Assembly: GCA_903905665.1 (NCBI GenBank)
Contig: CAIVHJ010000381.1
Location: 1 to 37,449 of the forward strand
Reading direction: 5' to 3'
Origin: an uncultured Phycisphaerales bacterium
Lineage (GTDB): Bacteria; Planctomycetota; Phycisphaerae; UBA1845; CAIVHJ01
DNA: 37,449 nucleotides
How positions within the stretch are numbered: the first letter of the stretch is position 1; every line of letters begins with the position of its first letter. A program made the translations under genes and the position numbers. The notes under the pieces were generated by a model. It searched no databases. It was not told the DNA's origin and saw nothing but the letters and a program-made list of their open reading frames with translations. This document shows positions 6,750 to 17,691 of the stretch, one piece after another.

Positions 6750-9122
6750 ATGGGCGCTCCATTATCGGCTGAGGAACTCAGGCGGATCGACGCTTACTGG
6801 AGAGCGGCGAATTATTTGTCCGTGGGGCAGATTTATCTGTACGACAATCCGTTGCTGAACGAACCGCTGAAGTCCGAACACATCAAGCCCCGACTTCTGG
6901 GCCACTGGGGAACTACGCCGGGGCTGAATTTCATCTATGTTCACATGAATCGCGCGATTAAGAAATACGATTTGAATATGATTTACATCACGGGGCCGGG
7001 GCATGGCGGGCCGGGTCTGGTGGCCAACACTTATCTGGAAGGGTCGTACAGCGAGATTTATCCCGAGATTTCGCAGGACCGGGACGGGATGAAGCGTCTG
7101 TTCAAGCAGTTTTCATTTCCGGGGGGCATCCCCAGTCACGTGGCGCCTGAGACGCCCGGATCCATTCATGAAGGCGGCGAACTCGGTTATGCACTGTCGC
7201 ATGCGTATGGCGCGGCATTCGACAATCCCGGCTTGCTGGTTTGTTGCGTGGTGGGTGATGGCGAGGCGGAGACGGGTCCGATGGCGACCAGTTGGCATTC
7301 GAACAAATTTTTGAATCCGGTCCACGACGGCGCCGTGTTGCCGATCCTTCACCTGAACGGATACAAAATCGCCGGGCCGACGGTGTTGGCGCGGATCAGT
7401 CATGAAGAACTCGCGCAGCTTTTCACGGGTTACGGTTATCGCCCGTATTTCATCGAAGGGGACGAGCCTGCCGCGATGCATCAGCAGATGGCGGAGACGC
7501 TGGACGGCATCATTGCAGAAATCCGGCAGATTCAAACCGAGGTGCGTCGCGGAGGCTTCACGCAACGTCCCTTGTGGCCGATGATCATTTTGCGCACGCC
7601 CAAGGGCTGGACGGGCCCCAAAGAAATCGATGGGCAACAAATCGAAGGGACTTTCCGCGCGCATCAGGTGCCGCTGAGCGATATGAAGCGGCCGGAACAC
7701 ATCAAGAGTCTGGAAGTATGGATGAAGAGTTATCGACCCGAGGAACTTTTCGACAAGAACGGCACGCTGATTCCGGAGTTGGCGGAACTGGCGCCGAAGG
7801 GAATGCGTCGCATGGGTGCCAACCCTCATGCCAACGGCGGATTATTGCTCCAAGACCTTAAGATGCCGGATTTTCGTGAGTATGCGGTCAAGGTTCCGGC
7901 GCCCGGCGCCGTCGAAGCAGAAGCCACTCGCGTACAGGGCACGTTCATCCGCGACGTCATTCAACTCAATGCCGAGCATCGAAATTTTCGCATCTTCAGC
8001 CCGGATGAGACGACGTCTAACCGCTGGGGGGCGCTGTTTGAGGTGACGAATCGCGTCTCTGCCGCGCAGATCGTTCCGGGAGACGATCACCTGTCGCCGG
8101 ACGGCCGCGTGATGGAAATGCTGAGCGAGCATCAGTGTCAGGGCTGGCTGGAAGGTTACCTTTTGACCGGACGTCACGGGTTTTTCTCCTGTTATGAAGC
8201 CTTCATCCATATCATTGATTCGATGTTCAACCAGCACGCCAAGTGGCTGAAGGTCACGCGCCATATTCCCTGGCGACGCCCCATCGCGTCGCTGAATTAT
8301 CTCCTCACATCGCACGTCTGGCGCCAGGACCACAACGGATTCAGCCATCAGGACCCCGGAATCATCGATCACGTCGTCAACAAGAAAGCGGACGTCATTC
8401 GCGTGTATCTGCCGCCCGATGCCAACACGCTGTTGTCCGTCACCGATCATTGCCTGCGCAGCCGAAACTATGTCAACGTGATCGTGGCGGGCAAACAGCC
8501 GGAGATTCAATGGTTGAACATGGACGACGCGATCAAACATTGCACGGCCGGCATCGGCATCTGGGATTGGGCCAGCAACGACCAGAAAGGCGAACCGGAC
8601 GTGGTGATGGCATGCGCCGGTGACGTTCCGACGCTGGAGACCCTGGCCGCGGTAGAACTCCTGCGTCAGCAACTGCCCGACTTGAAGGTCCGGGTGATCA
8701 ACATCGTGGATTTGATGACCTTGCAGCCACAAAGCGAGCACCCGCACGGACTGAGCGACAAGGATTTTGACATTTTATTTACTACGGATAAACCGATTAT
8801 CTTTGCGTTTCACGGTTATCCCTGGCTGATCCATCGCCTGACCTATCGTCGGACGAATCACAAGAATCTGCACGTCCGCGGTTATAAAGAGGAGGGCACC
8901 ACGACCACTCCGTTTGATATGGTGGTGCTGAATGATCTGGATCGCTTTCATCTCGTCAGCGATGTGATTGATCGTGTCCCCAACCCAGGTGCCCAGGCGG
9001 CCTACGTCAAACAATTCATTCGGAATAAACTCATTGAGCACAAACAATACATCACCCGGTATGGCGAAGACATGCCGGAGATTCGCAATTGGAAGTGGCG
9101 TATGCCGCTTCAGGCCCCGTGA
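6750..9122 (+). CDS. xfp: Xylulose-5-phosphate/fructose-6-phosphate phosphoketolase
   Basis: [52 protein letters not shown]; AAGGAG ribosome-binding site before ATG 6750. Confidence 0.97.
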   Translation: MGAPLSAEELRRIDAYWRAANYLSVGQIYLYDNPLLNEPLKSEHIKPRLLGHWGTTPGLNFIYVHMNRAIKKYDLNMIYITGPGHGGPGLVANTYLEGSYSEIYPEISQDRDGMKRLFKQFSFPGGIPSHVAPETPGSIHEGGELGYALSHAYGAAFDNPGLLVCCVVGDGEAETGPMATSWHSNKFLNPVHDGAVLPILHLNGYKIAGPTVLARISHEELAQLFTGYGYRPYFIEGDEPAAMHQQMAETLDGIIAEIRQIQTEVRRGGFTQRPLWPMIILRTPKGWTGPKEIDGQQIEGTFRAHQVPLSDMKRPEHIKSLEVWMKSYRPEELFDKNGTLIPELAELAPKGMRRMGANPHANGGLLLQDLKMPDFREYAVKVPAPGAVEAEATRVQGTFIRDVIQLNAEHRNFRIFSPDETTSNRWGALFEVTNRVSAAQIVPGDDHLSPDGRVMEMLSEHQCQGWLEGYLLTGRHGFFSCYEAFIHIIDSMFNQHAKWLKVTRHIPWRRPIASLNYLLTSHVWRQDHNGFSHQDPGIIDHVVNKKADVIRVYLPPDANTLLSVTDHCLRSRNYVNVIVAGKQPEIQWLNMDDAIKHCTAGIGIWDWASNDQKGEPDVVMACAGDVPTLETLAAVELLRQQLPDLKVRVINIVDLMTLQPQSEHPHGLSDKDFDILFTTDKPIIFAFHGYPWLIHRLTYRRTNHKNLHVRGYKEEGTTTTPFDMVVLNDLDRFHLVSDVIDRVPNPGAQAAYVKQFIRNKLIEHKQYITRYGEDMPEIRNWKWRMPLQAP

Positions 9123-9187
9123 GACCATCGGCGGGATCCGTCTCAATCTCGCCTCCTTTTGATTCGCTTCGCCGATGGGACTTGATT

Positions 9188-9607
9188 ATGATTCATGTCA
9201 TGAATTCCACGAATGAGACGCTTAAGGGTCATGGGATTGTGGCGGTGATTCGTCGGAAGGATTGTTATCTGATGATCCGGCGGGCGGAGGAGATTCGCGC
9301 CGGGGGGATGTGGTGTTTCGTCGGAGGGGCCATCGAGGACGGCGAAACACAGGAGCAAGCGCTGGTGCGGGAGGTTCGGGAGGAAGTTGGAATTTCGGTT
9401 CGGCCGATCTGCAAAGCGTGGGAGTGCCCGTCGATCCATCGCGACTGGCTGTTGCATTTGTGGGAAGCCGAACCGCTTTCGTTTGAGATAACGATGAATC
9501 CACGTGAAGTGGCGGACGCAAAGTGGCTGACGCCGCAGGAAATTCTGCTGTTACCTCGACTCATTCCCAGCGTGATCGACTTTTTCAAAGCAAAGAGCCT
9601 TCTCTAA
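9188..9607 (+). CDS. Nudix hydrolase (MutT-like)
   Basis: Nudix box GAIEDGETQEQALVREVREEVG; start uncertain (9188 or 9200). Confidence 0.9.
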   Translation: MIHVMNSTNETLKGHGIVAVIRRKDCYLMIRRAEEIRAGGMWCFVGGAIEDGETQEQALVREVREEVGISVRPICKAWECPSIHRDWLLHLWEAEPLSFEITMNPREVADAKWLTPQEILLLPRLIPSVIDFFKAKSLL

Positions 9608-9813
9608 CAAATTTCCGAATAAACGCGGTTCCCGTCAGGCGACTATAGATTCTGTCAAATTGACAATAGAGGAATCCGAAAAGGACGTCACGGTGAAAAG
9701 TTCGTGATACTCGTCGGTGCAAGCGACGGGTTCACCATTCGAGATCGCGAAGCGCCATCCGTGCAACGTCTGATAAAGTCACGCCGGGGTACGGCTTTGT
9801 CGATCCGAAGGTT

Positions 9814-11211
9814 ATGCGGGGGAACAATCGGGCCGATTCTGAAAACGGTATGAGCGGTATTCCCTCAGCACAGACGCAGTCCATTCACGTGCTGCTGGTC
9901 GATGACGAAGACGCGTTTCGTCAGGCGACGGCGCGGCGGCTGGAGTTGCGCGGTTTTTCGGTTTCACAGGCCTGCGACGGTCGGGAGGCGGATGTTTTTT
10001 TCGACAACTATCACTGCGACGTGGTGGTGTGCGACCTGAAAATGCCGAACATGGACGGCGCGGCCTTGCTGCAAAAACGCATCGAAAGCGCCCCGGCGAC
10101 GTCGTGGATTATTTTGACAGGGCAGGCATCGGTGGAGACCGCCGTCAGCACACTCAAACTCGGCGCCGTGGAATATCTTCAAAAGCCCATCGACATCGAA
10201 GACCTCGAATTCCATATTCACCGCGCCTACGACCAAAACAGCGCCGTGCGGGTCTTGAACGAAGTTCGGCATCAGATGGCCGAAGGACAAATTCGGTTTG
10301 GAATCGTCGGAACAAGCAGGCATATTCAGGAAACGTACGAGTTCATCTGTAAATCCGCCAAGAACGACCAGCCGGTTTTGATCACCGGAGAAAGCGGAAC
10401 CGGAAAAGAACTGATCGCCAGGGGAATCCACGCGCAAAGCGATCGAGCGGCGAGGCCGTTTGTCGCGATCAACTGTTCGTCGCTTTCGGATATGATGCTC
10501 GCGGACGAACTGTTCGGGCATGTGCAGACTGCCGAAACGCAGTCTGTCGGAACCAAAGCGGGGCTGCTGGAAGTGACCGACGGAGGAACGTTGTTCATCG
10601 ACGAAGCGGCGGATTTGTCGCTTGCGAATCAGTCGGCGCTCGCGCGGACGATCGAGACCGGTCAGTTTCGACGGTGCGGAGATTACAAGGATCGCGTGGC
10701 GGACGTGAGAATCATCGCTTCGACTCAGCGTGATCTGCCCCATTTGGTACAGCAAAAAATCTTCCGGAAAGACTTCTACTATCGTCTCAACGTGCTGCCG
10801 TGGACGGCGCTTCCTTTGCGGGAGCGCCGCGACGACATTCCGCTGCTGATTCAGCATTTGCTGGATCGTCACGGGCGACGAACGGGGGAACCCAAGCGGT
10901 TGTCGCCGGAATCGCTGGTGGCCTTGCAGGGTTACGACTGGCCGGGAAACATTCGCGAAATGGCCAACGTGATCGAACGAGCGGCGGCGCTGTGCAATGG
11001 TTATACGATTCGGGCCCACGATCTGCATCTGGGATTAGGGAACGCCGTCGCCACGCCGCAGGGATTGTCCGAAAAACTTGACGATCTGGAGCGCGATCAC
11101 ATCTTGCGCGTGCTGGAATCCCACCACGGCAACAAACTCGCCGCCGCCAAATCCCTCGGCATCAGCCGCATGAAACTCTACCGCAAACTCCGACTGTACG
11201 GCATCGAATAA
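9814..11211 (+). CDS. NtrC-family response regulator (REC, AAA+, Fis-type HTH) with a degenerate GAFTGA loop
   Basis: VLLVDDE/CDLKMP receiver, GESGTGKE, LFIDE, DFYYRLNV, WPGNIRE and a C-terminal HTH; the start may be 9850. Confidence 0.93.
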   Translation: MRGNNRADSENGMSGIPSAQTQSIHVLLVDDEDAFRQATARRLELRGFSVSQACDGREADVFFDNYHCDVVVCDLKMPNMDGAALLQKRIESAPATSWIILTGQASVETAVSTLKLGAVEYLQKPIDIEDLEFHIHRAYDQNSAVRVLNEVRHQMAEGQIRFGIVGTSRHIQETYEFICKSAKNDQPVLITGESGTGKELIARGIHAQSDRAARPFVAINCSSLSDMMLADELFGHVQTAETQSVGTKAGLLEVTDGGTLFIDEAADLSLANQSALARTIETGQFRRCGDYKDRVADVRIIASTQRDLPHLVQQKIFRKDFYYRLNVLPWTALPLRERRDDIPLLIQHLLDRHGRRTGEPKRLSPESLVALQGYDWPGNIREMANVIERAAALCNGYTIRAHDLHLGLGNAVATPQGLSEKLDDLERDHILRVLESHHGNKLAAAKSLGISRMKLYRKLRLYGIE

Positions 11212-11234
11212 TCTTCAGCGGACGTGCATACCGG

Positions 11235-12530
11235 CTATTCAAAATAATCGGGATACACCCGGCGCGGACGCTTGCGGGACCGATACGCTCTCGCCAAATC
11301 CAGAAAGATTTCCTGATCGCGGTCGAGGTGTGTGTCCACCCCGTCGAAATAACAGGATCGAATCGGAAGATTGTCGCAATCGGAACTGACGGCGGGATAC
11401 ACCGCCTCGCAAACCACCCCGTTCATGCAGGTAAACGGACTGACGTCAACCACGCCGTCCACGCCCTTCCCATAAAGATAAACGGCTTTGCCGATGCTCA
11501 GAACCATTTCACCCAATGCACCCGTCGGAGGAAGATACGGCTCGGCCGCGTCAAGCACTTCGAGAACGTTCTCCGGTTCTTCGTAACCCCTGAGATCGTC
11601 CACCACCGGCGACAGCAGGATTTGCTCGTCGCGATGTTGTACGTGCGTCTTGATGCGATGTTTGAGGCGGGACAGGTTGAACGTCCCCTCCTGCCGAACA
11701 ATGTCCCGTTCCTGACGCCAATTTGTGTACCAAACCCATTCCGCAATATCCGACAACCAGCATTCCCCACCCTTCTGCTCAAGACGCCGAATCAGGTCGT
11801 CGTTGCTGAAAACATTTTGGCGGCAGAATATCTCCCCCACAACTCCGACGAATAAACGATCCTTCGTGTATCGCGCGGGAATTCCGCGGAACCGGTTCCG
11901 CATCCGCGTCACGGCGTTCACGAGCACTCCACGCGTGTCGTGCGGGGCCACTCCCTGACGTTCCAGAATCTGCTGGAAGTCTTCTATCGCCTCCGCGTAA
12001 ACTTCGTCCGAATCACCCGCCGTTCGCTCATAAGGCCGAGTTTTCAGAACAAATCTCACGGCCAGATCACCCAGCACAATTCCCATCCACCCCAGGCGCA
12101 TGACCTGCGAGGCCATCTCGCCAATGCCCTCGTATCCGTCGGCACTGGATGGAGAAAACACCGGAACGTCGGCGTGTCCGAGTTCGCGAAGAACCTGTTT
12201 GAGGGCTTCGGCGTATTGTCCGAATCGACAGGGACCGGAAGCGGAAGGCATAAAAAACGCAGTTCGACGCGGATCGAAATCCGGTCGGTGACAGATCCGC
12301 AGAAAATCACCCAGTGTGATCTTGAGCGGCAGACACTCCTCCCCGCTGCTGTACTGCCCGCCGAGAGACAACGTTTCATCCGTCGAATCCGGCGTGACCG
12401 TCGCCTCGATCCCGATCGAACGAAACGCGGCCGCCATCAATCGAGAACCTGCATGGGCCATTTGCGGGATGTAGAGAGTTCGACCGGCAAGGCTTCCTCC
12501 GGCCGCTCGATGTTTGACCTGCGCCACCAT
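11235..12530 (-). CDS. CoA-activase-associated protein (DUF2229 / 2-hydroxyacyl-CoA dehydratase-like)
   Basis: GEECLP..ITLG, GPCRFGQY, VGVVGEIF, SPFTCMNG; ATG 12530 follows AAGGGGA. Confidence 0.8.
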   Translation of the reverse strand: MVAQVKHRAAGGSLAGRTLYIPQMAHAGSRLMAAAFRSIGIEATVTPDSTDETLSLGGQYSSGEECLPLKITLGDFLRICHRPDFDPRRTAFFMPSASGPCRFGQYAEALKQVLRELGHADVPVFSPSSADGYEGIGEMASQVMRLGWMGIVLGDLAVRFVLKTRPYERTAGDSDEVYAEAIEDFQQILERQGVAPHDTRGVLVNAVTRMRNRFRGIPARYTKDRLFVGVVGEIFCRQNVFSNDDLIRRLEQKGGECWLSDIAEWVWYTNWRQERDIVRQEGTFNLSRLKHRIKTHVQHRDEQILLSPVVDDLRGYEEPENVLEVLDAAEPYLPPTGALGEMVLSIGKAVYLYGKGVDGVVDVSPFTCMNGVVCEAVYPAVSSDCDNLPIRSCYFDGVDTHLDRDQEIFLDLARAYRSRKRPRRVYPDYFE

Positions 12531-15500
12531 CGCAATATCCCCTTGCTGTCCAGATACGCTTCGCATCGGGTCATCATTCCGGCGTCGTTCGAGTGCCCGT
12601 CGAATTGCAGCGTCAAAAACGGCTTGCCCGACGCCCAGCGCACAAACCCCTTGATGAATGAATCCGGACCGCATTTGAAATTCGTAATGTAAATGATGTG
12701 CAACCGCGGATGCCGCGCTACCAGTTTCGCCGCCGCCAATATCCGGCGTCCGTAATCCCAGTACATGTTGCTGTTGACGTCCTTCACGTCCGTTTCATCC
12801 ACCGGTAACGCGTCGATCGGGATCACGTTGACCCCGTATCGCTCGCGAATCTTCACCCCCACCGACAGATTCATGCCGGAATCGTGAATGTTGTACGGCC
12901 GACCCACAAGGACCATCCCGGATTCTCCGGTCTGTTCCAGCACCTCCAGCGCTCGACGACCCGCCGCAAGATACTCCTCGCGGAATCGCTGGTGCGCCTC
13001 TTGCGCGCATTTCCACGCCCGATTCGCCGCGCGACGCGAAACCCCCAACTGACCGGCTACATCCATCAGGGCCCGAAAAATCGCAACCGTCCCATCGCGG
13101 AAACGAAGCGTCGGACACAATATCCGCCCACTCCACGACCGAAACTTCGGGGATTGGCGGATGACAAACGGCAGCGTCTGCCCCCACGGACACACGTAAC
13201 TTTCCCGGTCCATAATCTTCGTTTCGGACGACAGGATGTTCGGCATCCAGATGAAATCCACGTTCTGACGAATCAGTTCCGCTACGTGCCCATGCGCCAC
13301 AATGATCGGAAAACACGGTTCCGCCACCACGGCGTCAAGTCCCTGCCGAATGATGCCCCGGTGCGTCTCGCCGGATCGTACCACTTCAAATCCGCATTCC
13401 CAAAAGAAACGACGCCACAGCGGCAACTGGTCGATCATGTACATCGCCTGCGGAATCCCGATCCGACCTTTCGGATTCACCAATGCCGGACCTTCGTCGG
13501 CATCGAGCAATTCTTCGCGCAACGCGAGTAAATCCGGAATCACCGGTTTGCGATCCGTCTTGGCCTGCTTGCGATAGCGGTCCGAACACTTGTCGCCCCA
13601 AAACGTCTTCTCGCCTTCGACCGTAAATTCCTGAATTTGGCAATGGTTGCTGCATCCTTTGCAGACGAACTCCCGCATCGTGTAATCCAGCCGCCGAATG
13701 TCAAACCCGCGAAATCGCGTCGTCGATTCGGAACGAGTAATTTTTTCCCGCGCCAATAGCGCCGCACCGATCGCACCCAATACCGCGTTGTGCGGCGGAA
13801 CGATAATCTCTCGATCGCACAAGATGCTGAACGCCGCCGCCACCGCATCGTTGTAGGCGGTTCCTCCCTGAAAGAACACGCACGACCCAATCGGCCGACC
13901 CCGAACCACGCGGTTGATGTAATTCGTGGCAACCGAATACGCGAGTCCCGCGATGATGTCTTCTCGCCTCGCGCCGCGCTGCAGGCACGTGTTCACGTCT
14001 CGCTCCATGAAGACGGTGCATCGCTCTCCGAGTTTCAACGGCGCCTTCGACGACAACGCCAATCGCGAAAACTCATCCTTGATCGAAACCCCCAACTCCT
14101 CTGCCTGTTCTTCCAGGAAACTCCCCGTTCCCGCCGCACACGCTTCGTTCATCGTGAAATCCACGACGATCGTCTCGCGCGAAGGACCCCCTTCGGGCTG
14201 AAGACTGATGTATTTGCTGTCCTGTCCACCGATCTCAAAAATCGTATCCGGCCGACGACCCAGCATCCGATCCCCGATGAACGTCGCACCGGTCTTGTGG
14301 GCTGTGATCTCATCGTTGATGCTGTCCGCACCCACGAGTTCACCGATCAATTCGCGTCCACTCCCCGTCGTCCCCACGCCAAGAACCTGAACTCGCTCGC
14401 CGACTGCCTCTTGCATCTCAAGCAGGCATCGCGTGACTACCTCAATCGGACGACCCATGGTTCGCGTAAAAATGGAGTGGATCACTTCACCTTGCTTGTC
14501 AATCAAAACGAGCTTGGTTCCAACCGAACCGACATCAATCCCCAAATAGGCATCCACCGTGGACGTATCATTCAGGAACACATAGGGTTCCACCAAATCA
14601 CGAAGCAACTTCACTCGTTCCATGGCCAAGGGGGGCGACGTGGAAAAATCATCCGAAACTGCACCCAATGCTCGATCAAGTCGCTCAATATATGCCACAA
14701 TCTTCGTTGTTTTGCCGGTGTCTGGAGTAGTTAAATCAGCATGAAAAACGACATTTGAAGGCAATTTGCAAGCGTTTTTGTCGATTTTCGATATAACATC
14801 CGGCGAAGCAGAATCTATTGCCGATATCGCCGCTCCGATTGCCCCAATGGATTGGGACGCTTCGGGTACGAACAATTCCGACCCGGAAAAACAAAATACG
14901 TCCCGAAGTTCCGCCACAACCGCCTGATTCACCGACACGCCACCCATAACGGCAATCGGCACTTGAGGTTGACGCCCCTTCACCACCGCTGATTTGAAGT
15001 TCATCGCCACCGCATGGCATAATCCCTTCAAAACCTCCGCCGGTGAATAGCCTTTTTGCTGCGCATGGACCATGTCGCTTTTGGCGAAGACGCTGCATCG
15101 TCCGGCGATTTGGGCGGCGCGCTCAGCCTGCTGAACCAATGGGGTGATTTCTTCAACGGCGATTTTAAGTCGATGGGCCTGTTGGTCGAGAAACGCACCG
15201 GTACCGGCGGCGCAATCTCCGTTTGAACTGCAGTCGATGATGCCGAGTCGTTTGCTGACCGGATCGGGTTCCAATCGGATGTACCGACTCGATTCCCCGC
15301 CGATCTCAAAGATGGTCCTCACTTCAGGATAGAGAGAATTCATTGCTCGCGTGGCTGACTGAAACTCGTTGAGACGAGGACACTTCAGGATTTCACTGAC
15401 GCGCATGCTCCCCATGCCGGTCACCGCCAGTTGAAATTCGCAATCGGGGCCAAAATGATTCTGCAAATCGGTCAGGAATTCTCGAACGACGTTCAGAGGT

Positions 15501-15691
15501 TTTCCGCGAGTGCGTCTTGGCTGGGCGACCATGACCTGGAACGGCAAGTGATCTGTTGTGTTCAGGAACGTGAAAGACAAGCGAGAACCGTCGCCATTCA
15601 GCGATTTCGGCGCGCCAGAGGAAGGCGTGAGAATCGCCAGTTTAACGCTGACGACACCGACATCGATGCCACAATAAAAAATCTTCTTCAT
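12437..15691 (-). CDS. Acyl-CoA dehydratase activase (two BadF/BadG/BcrA/BcrD ASKHA ATPase domains plus DUF2229)
   Basis: Two sets of GIDVG, FEIGG, CAAGTG.FL and RC.VF motifs, plus C-terminal PCFP, CPW and NFKCGPDS. Start 15691 is supported by the upstream promoter. Confidence 0.92.
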   Translation of the reverse strand: MKKIFYCGIDVGVVSVKLAILTPSSGAPKSLNGDGSRLSFTFLNTTDHLPFQVMVAQPRRTRGKPLNVVREFLTDLQNHFGPDCEFQLAVTGMGSMRVSEILKCPRLNEFQSATRAMNSLYPEVRTIFEIGGESSRYIRLEPDPVSKRLGIIDCSSNGDCAAGTGAFLDQQAHRLKIAVEEITPLVQQAERAAQIAGRCSVFAKSDMVHAQQKGYSPAEVLKGLCHAVAMNFKSAVVKGRQPQVPIAVMGGVSVNQAVVAELRDVFCFSGSELFVPEASQSIGAIGAAISAIDSASPDVISKIDKNACKLPSNVVFHADLTTPDTGKTTKIVAYIERLDRALGAVSDDFSTSPPLAMERVKLLRDLVEPYVFLNDTSTVDAYLGIDVGSVGTKLVLIDKQGEVIHSIFTRTMGRPIEVVTRCLLEMQEAVGERVQVLGVGTTGSGRELIGELVGADSINDEITAHKTGATFIGDRMLGRRPDTIFEIGGQDSKYISLQPEGGPSRETIVVDFTMNEACAAGTGSFLEEQAEELGVSIKDEFSRLALSSKAPLKLGERCTVFMERDVNTCLQRGARREDIIAGLAYSVATNYINRVVRGRPIGSCVFFQGGTAYNDAVAAAFSILCDREIIVPPHNAVLGAIGAALLAREKITRSESTTRFRGFDIRRLDYTMREFVCKGCSNHCQIQEFTVEGEKTFWGDKCSDRYRKQAKTDRKPVIPDLLALREELLDADEGPALVNPKGRIGIPQAMYMIDQLPLWRRFFWECGFEVVRSGETHRGIIRQGLDAVVAEPCFPIIVAHGHVAELIRQNVDFIWMPNILSSETKIMDRESYVCPWGQTLPFVIRQSPKFRSWSGRILCPTLRFRDGTVAIFRALMDVAGQLGVSRRAANRAWKCAQEAHQRFREEYLAAGRRALEVLEQTGESGMVLVGRPYNIHDSGMNLSVGVKIRERYGVNVIPIDALPVDETDVKDVNSNMYWDYGRRILAAAKLVARHPRLHIIYITNFKCGPDSFIKGFVRWASGKPFLTLQFDGHSNDAGMMTRCEAYLDSKGILRWWRRSNIERPEEALPVELSTSRKWPMQVLD

Positions 15692-15773
15692 GTTCGATGA
15701 TCTCAGACCGCGCCGGCGATCGGAATTTGCCTTCGGACCAGCGGATGAAACCAAGTTAAAGCCTGAATGAACC

Positions 15774-15802
15774 AGCGTAGGAATTGGGCGGCTTAATGTC
15801 AA
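15774..15802 (-). promoter_or_regulatory. sigma70-type promoter of the activase operon
   Basis: Minus strand TTGACA (15802-15797), 17-bp spacer, TACGCT (15779-15774). Confidence 0.6.
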
Positions 15803-15970
15803 CCGAAGTATGCCATGAGGAAATCCATATATGTTTCGTTCCGTTTGCGCATAACCTATTGTGGAATCAGGAATAACAATCGAAACCAGTTCTGTTGAGC
15901 GACATTATGAGAGACGCGCTTACCGAATTCAGTCCGTTGGATACCGGGCGAGGGGTCAGGGATCATAAAA

Positions 15971-16005
15971 AGCCGGTAGCCGACAGCCGGGAGCGGGCAG
16001 CGGGA
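15971..16005. repeat. Heptamer tandem array
   Basis: agccggt agccgac agccggg agcgggc agcggga. Confidence 0.6.
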
Positions 16006-16088
16006 AAGAAGAGCACTACTCAATACCAGTGGCATCAGGAGAGTAGAGAGGAAGATAAGGGAGCAAAGAAAAAAGTGGGAGAAAAGAG

Positions 16089-16124
16089 TGGGACAGGAGT
16101 CTTTGGGATAGGACTCCTGTCCCA
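16089..16124. terminator. Perfect 13-bp inverted repeat (terminator or REP-like)
   Basis: TGGGACAGGAGTC, 10 nt, GACTCCTGTCCCA; about 30 bp downstream of the stop of the 16156-17691 gene. Confidence 0.65.
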
Positions 16125-16155
16125 TTATGGTTGCATTCCTGCCGGCCTGTCATGC

Positions 16156-17691
16156 TTACGGCAATGGAAGCGCATGACCCGGTGGAAGTTCAATTGACCC
16201 CGCATACATCGGCGCCGGGTCTAATTCGTCTGGTGGAATCAGCATGGGTTGCCATTCATCGGCACCCATGTCCACGCGACCGTCATGCACCCGCGGTTCA
16301 CCGTCAATATCCGTTTCGCCCGGTGATGGAACATACGCCGGATCACCGGCATTCACACATGGGGAATGTCGTTGCAAATGATACCCAACTGCTGCAAACA
16401 ACGGATCGGCATTGATGTTGCCACCACCCCAGGACAAAGTACCGCATTGAACATAAATACCTTCTTGGCCACCTTCAATATCACTATGGTGAACCATCAA
16501 AGTAGAACATCCCATAGTGCTGACATTGATACTGATTTGCGGTGTCCAATCCGGTGTCGGATCGTAAAGATTCTGATTTCCCCAAACCACACTGTCCGCG
16601 ATTGTGCTTTCACCACAACCCAGAATGACCACAAACCCCAATTCTCCAATCGAGAAGCCTTGAGATTGATTATCTGTGATTGTGCAATTTCGGATTTCGG
16701 CTGAATAACCACCGACAAGTAACATGGTCGGTGTTTTCGATATGTTTTGCGAAATCACGTTATCGAAGAATCGAGGGTGTCCACCACTGACCTGGCTGAG
16801 GGCAACCACGCCACCGATCACATTGCGAGAGGTGTTTTCGTTCTCGCGGATCAGGCATGTCGTGATGAGCGGGCTCCCTGAACGAGAATAAATCGCTGCC
16901 GCCGCTTGTGAGACATTATTCTGAATTACACAGCGGGAAATCGTCGGACTGGCTTCCCAGATAAAGACGCCGCCGCCGATTCGGCCCTGGAATGGGTACA
17001 CAGGATGAACGGTCCCGGAACCATGGATCAACGTGAGACCGTCGAGTACAGAATCGGTGCCCTCAGCGTTTCGGAAAGTAACCACACTGCCGCTTTGGTT
17101 ACCGTCGATGATGGTGTGTGCCACAATATCGTCATCTGCAGGAACGGCGCTCTGAACCGTGATGGCCTTCCCAAGGAAATCGACGTTTTCGACATAGGCA
17201 TCTCCGGTGCAGTCGATGCCGACGAAGTTGCGCGGCAAAACGACGACTGTGTCGCCGTCAGCAGCGGCGTCGATGGCGCTCTGGATCGTGCTATAGCCGA
17301 AGGCGCCGTTGCATTCGACCAGCAGGACGTTGCCACGCGACTGCGCCCGAATGTCGTCAATCGCCTGTTGCACTTCCGGCAGGAGATCGACAATCGGTTC
17401 GGGCGACACGTCCCCTGACTGGAGCGGATATGAGGTCAAATCTCCGCTCTCTAACGGTCGCGGTTCTCGGTTCAATCCGAAATCCACATGACCCCCTGCT
17501 TGCGCAGAGGGCTCTGATGGTGCCGGACGCGTCTCTGATGCCTCCATCACTGCGACAGATGCATCCATCGCCGGCTGGGAGATTTTGGTAACAGGATCGG
17601 TTTGTAGTTTCTCCTGCGCCCCCAGCGGGGGATTCAGAGCCGCAACCCAGAACATCAGACCCAACATGGACCATACTTCTTTGCGTTTCAT
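16156..17691 (-). CDS. Secreted right-handed parallel beta-helix (pectin-lyase-like) protein
   Basis: Signal peptide; TIQSAIDAAADGDTVVV, TIIDG..GSVV, GGGVF..ASPTISRC; C-terminal SPCVNAGD..DIDGEPR..GRVDMGADE (choice-of-anchor Q-like); upstream AGGAGG. Confidence 0.85.
   Translation of the reverse strand: MKRKEVWSMLGLMFWVAALNPPLGAQEKLQTDPVTKISQPAMDASVAVMEASETRPAPSEPSAQAGGHVDFGLNREPRPLESGDLTSYPLQSGDVSPEPIVDLLPEVQQAIDDIRAQSRGNVLLVECNGAFGYSTIQSAIDAAADGDTVVVLPRNFVGIDCTGDAYVENVDFLGKAITVQSAVPADDDIVAHTIIDGNQSGSVVTFRNAEGTDSVLDGLTLIHGSGTVHPVYPFQGRIGGGVFIWEASPTISRCVIQNNVSQAAAAIYSRSGSPLITTCLIRENENTSRNVIGGVVALSQVSGGHPRFFDNVISQNISKTPTMLLVGGYSAEIRNCTITDNQSQGFSIGELGFVVILGCGESTIADSVVWGNQNLYDPTPDWTPQISINVSTMGCSTLMVHHSDIEGGQEGIYVQCGTLSWGGGNINADPLFAAVGYHLQRHSPCVNAGDPAYVPSPGETDIDGEPRVHDGRVDMGADEWQPMLIPPDELDPAPMYAGSIELPPGHALPLP

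Noticed and set aside
12437-12530. Programmed frameshift fusing the two activase genes
   Set aside because: The downstream gene has its own ribosome-binding site and ATG, and no slippery heptamer is evident.
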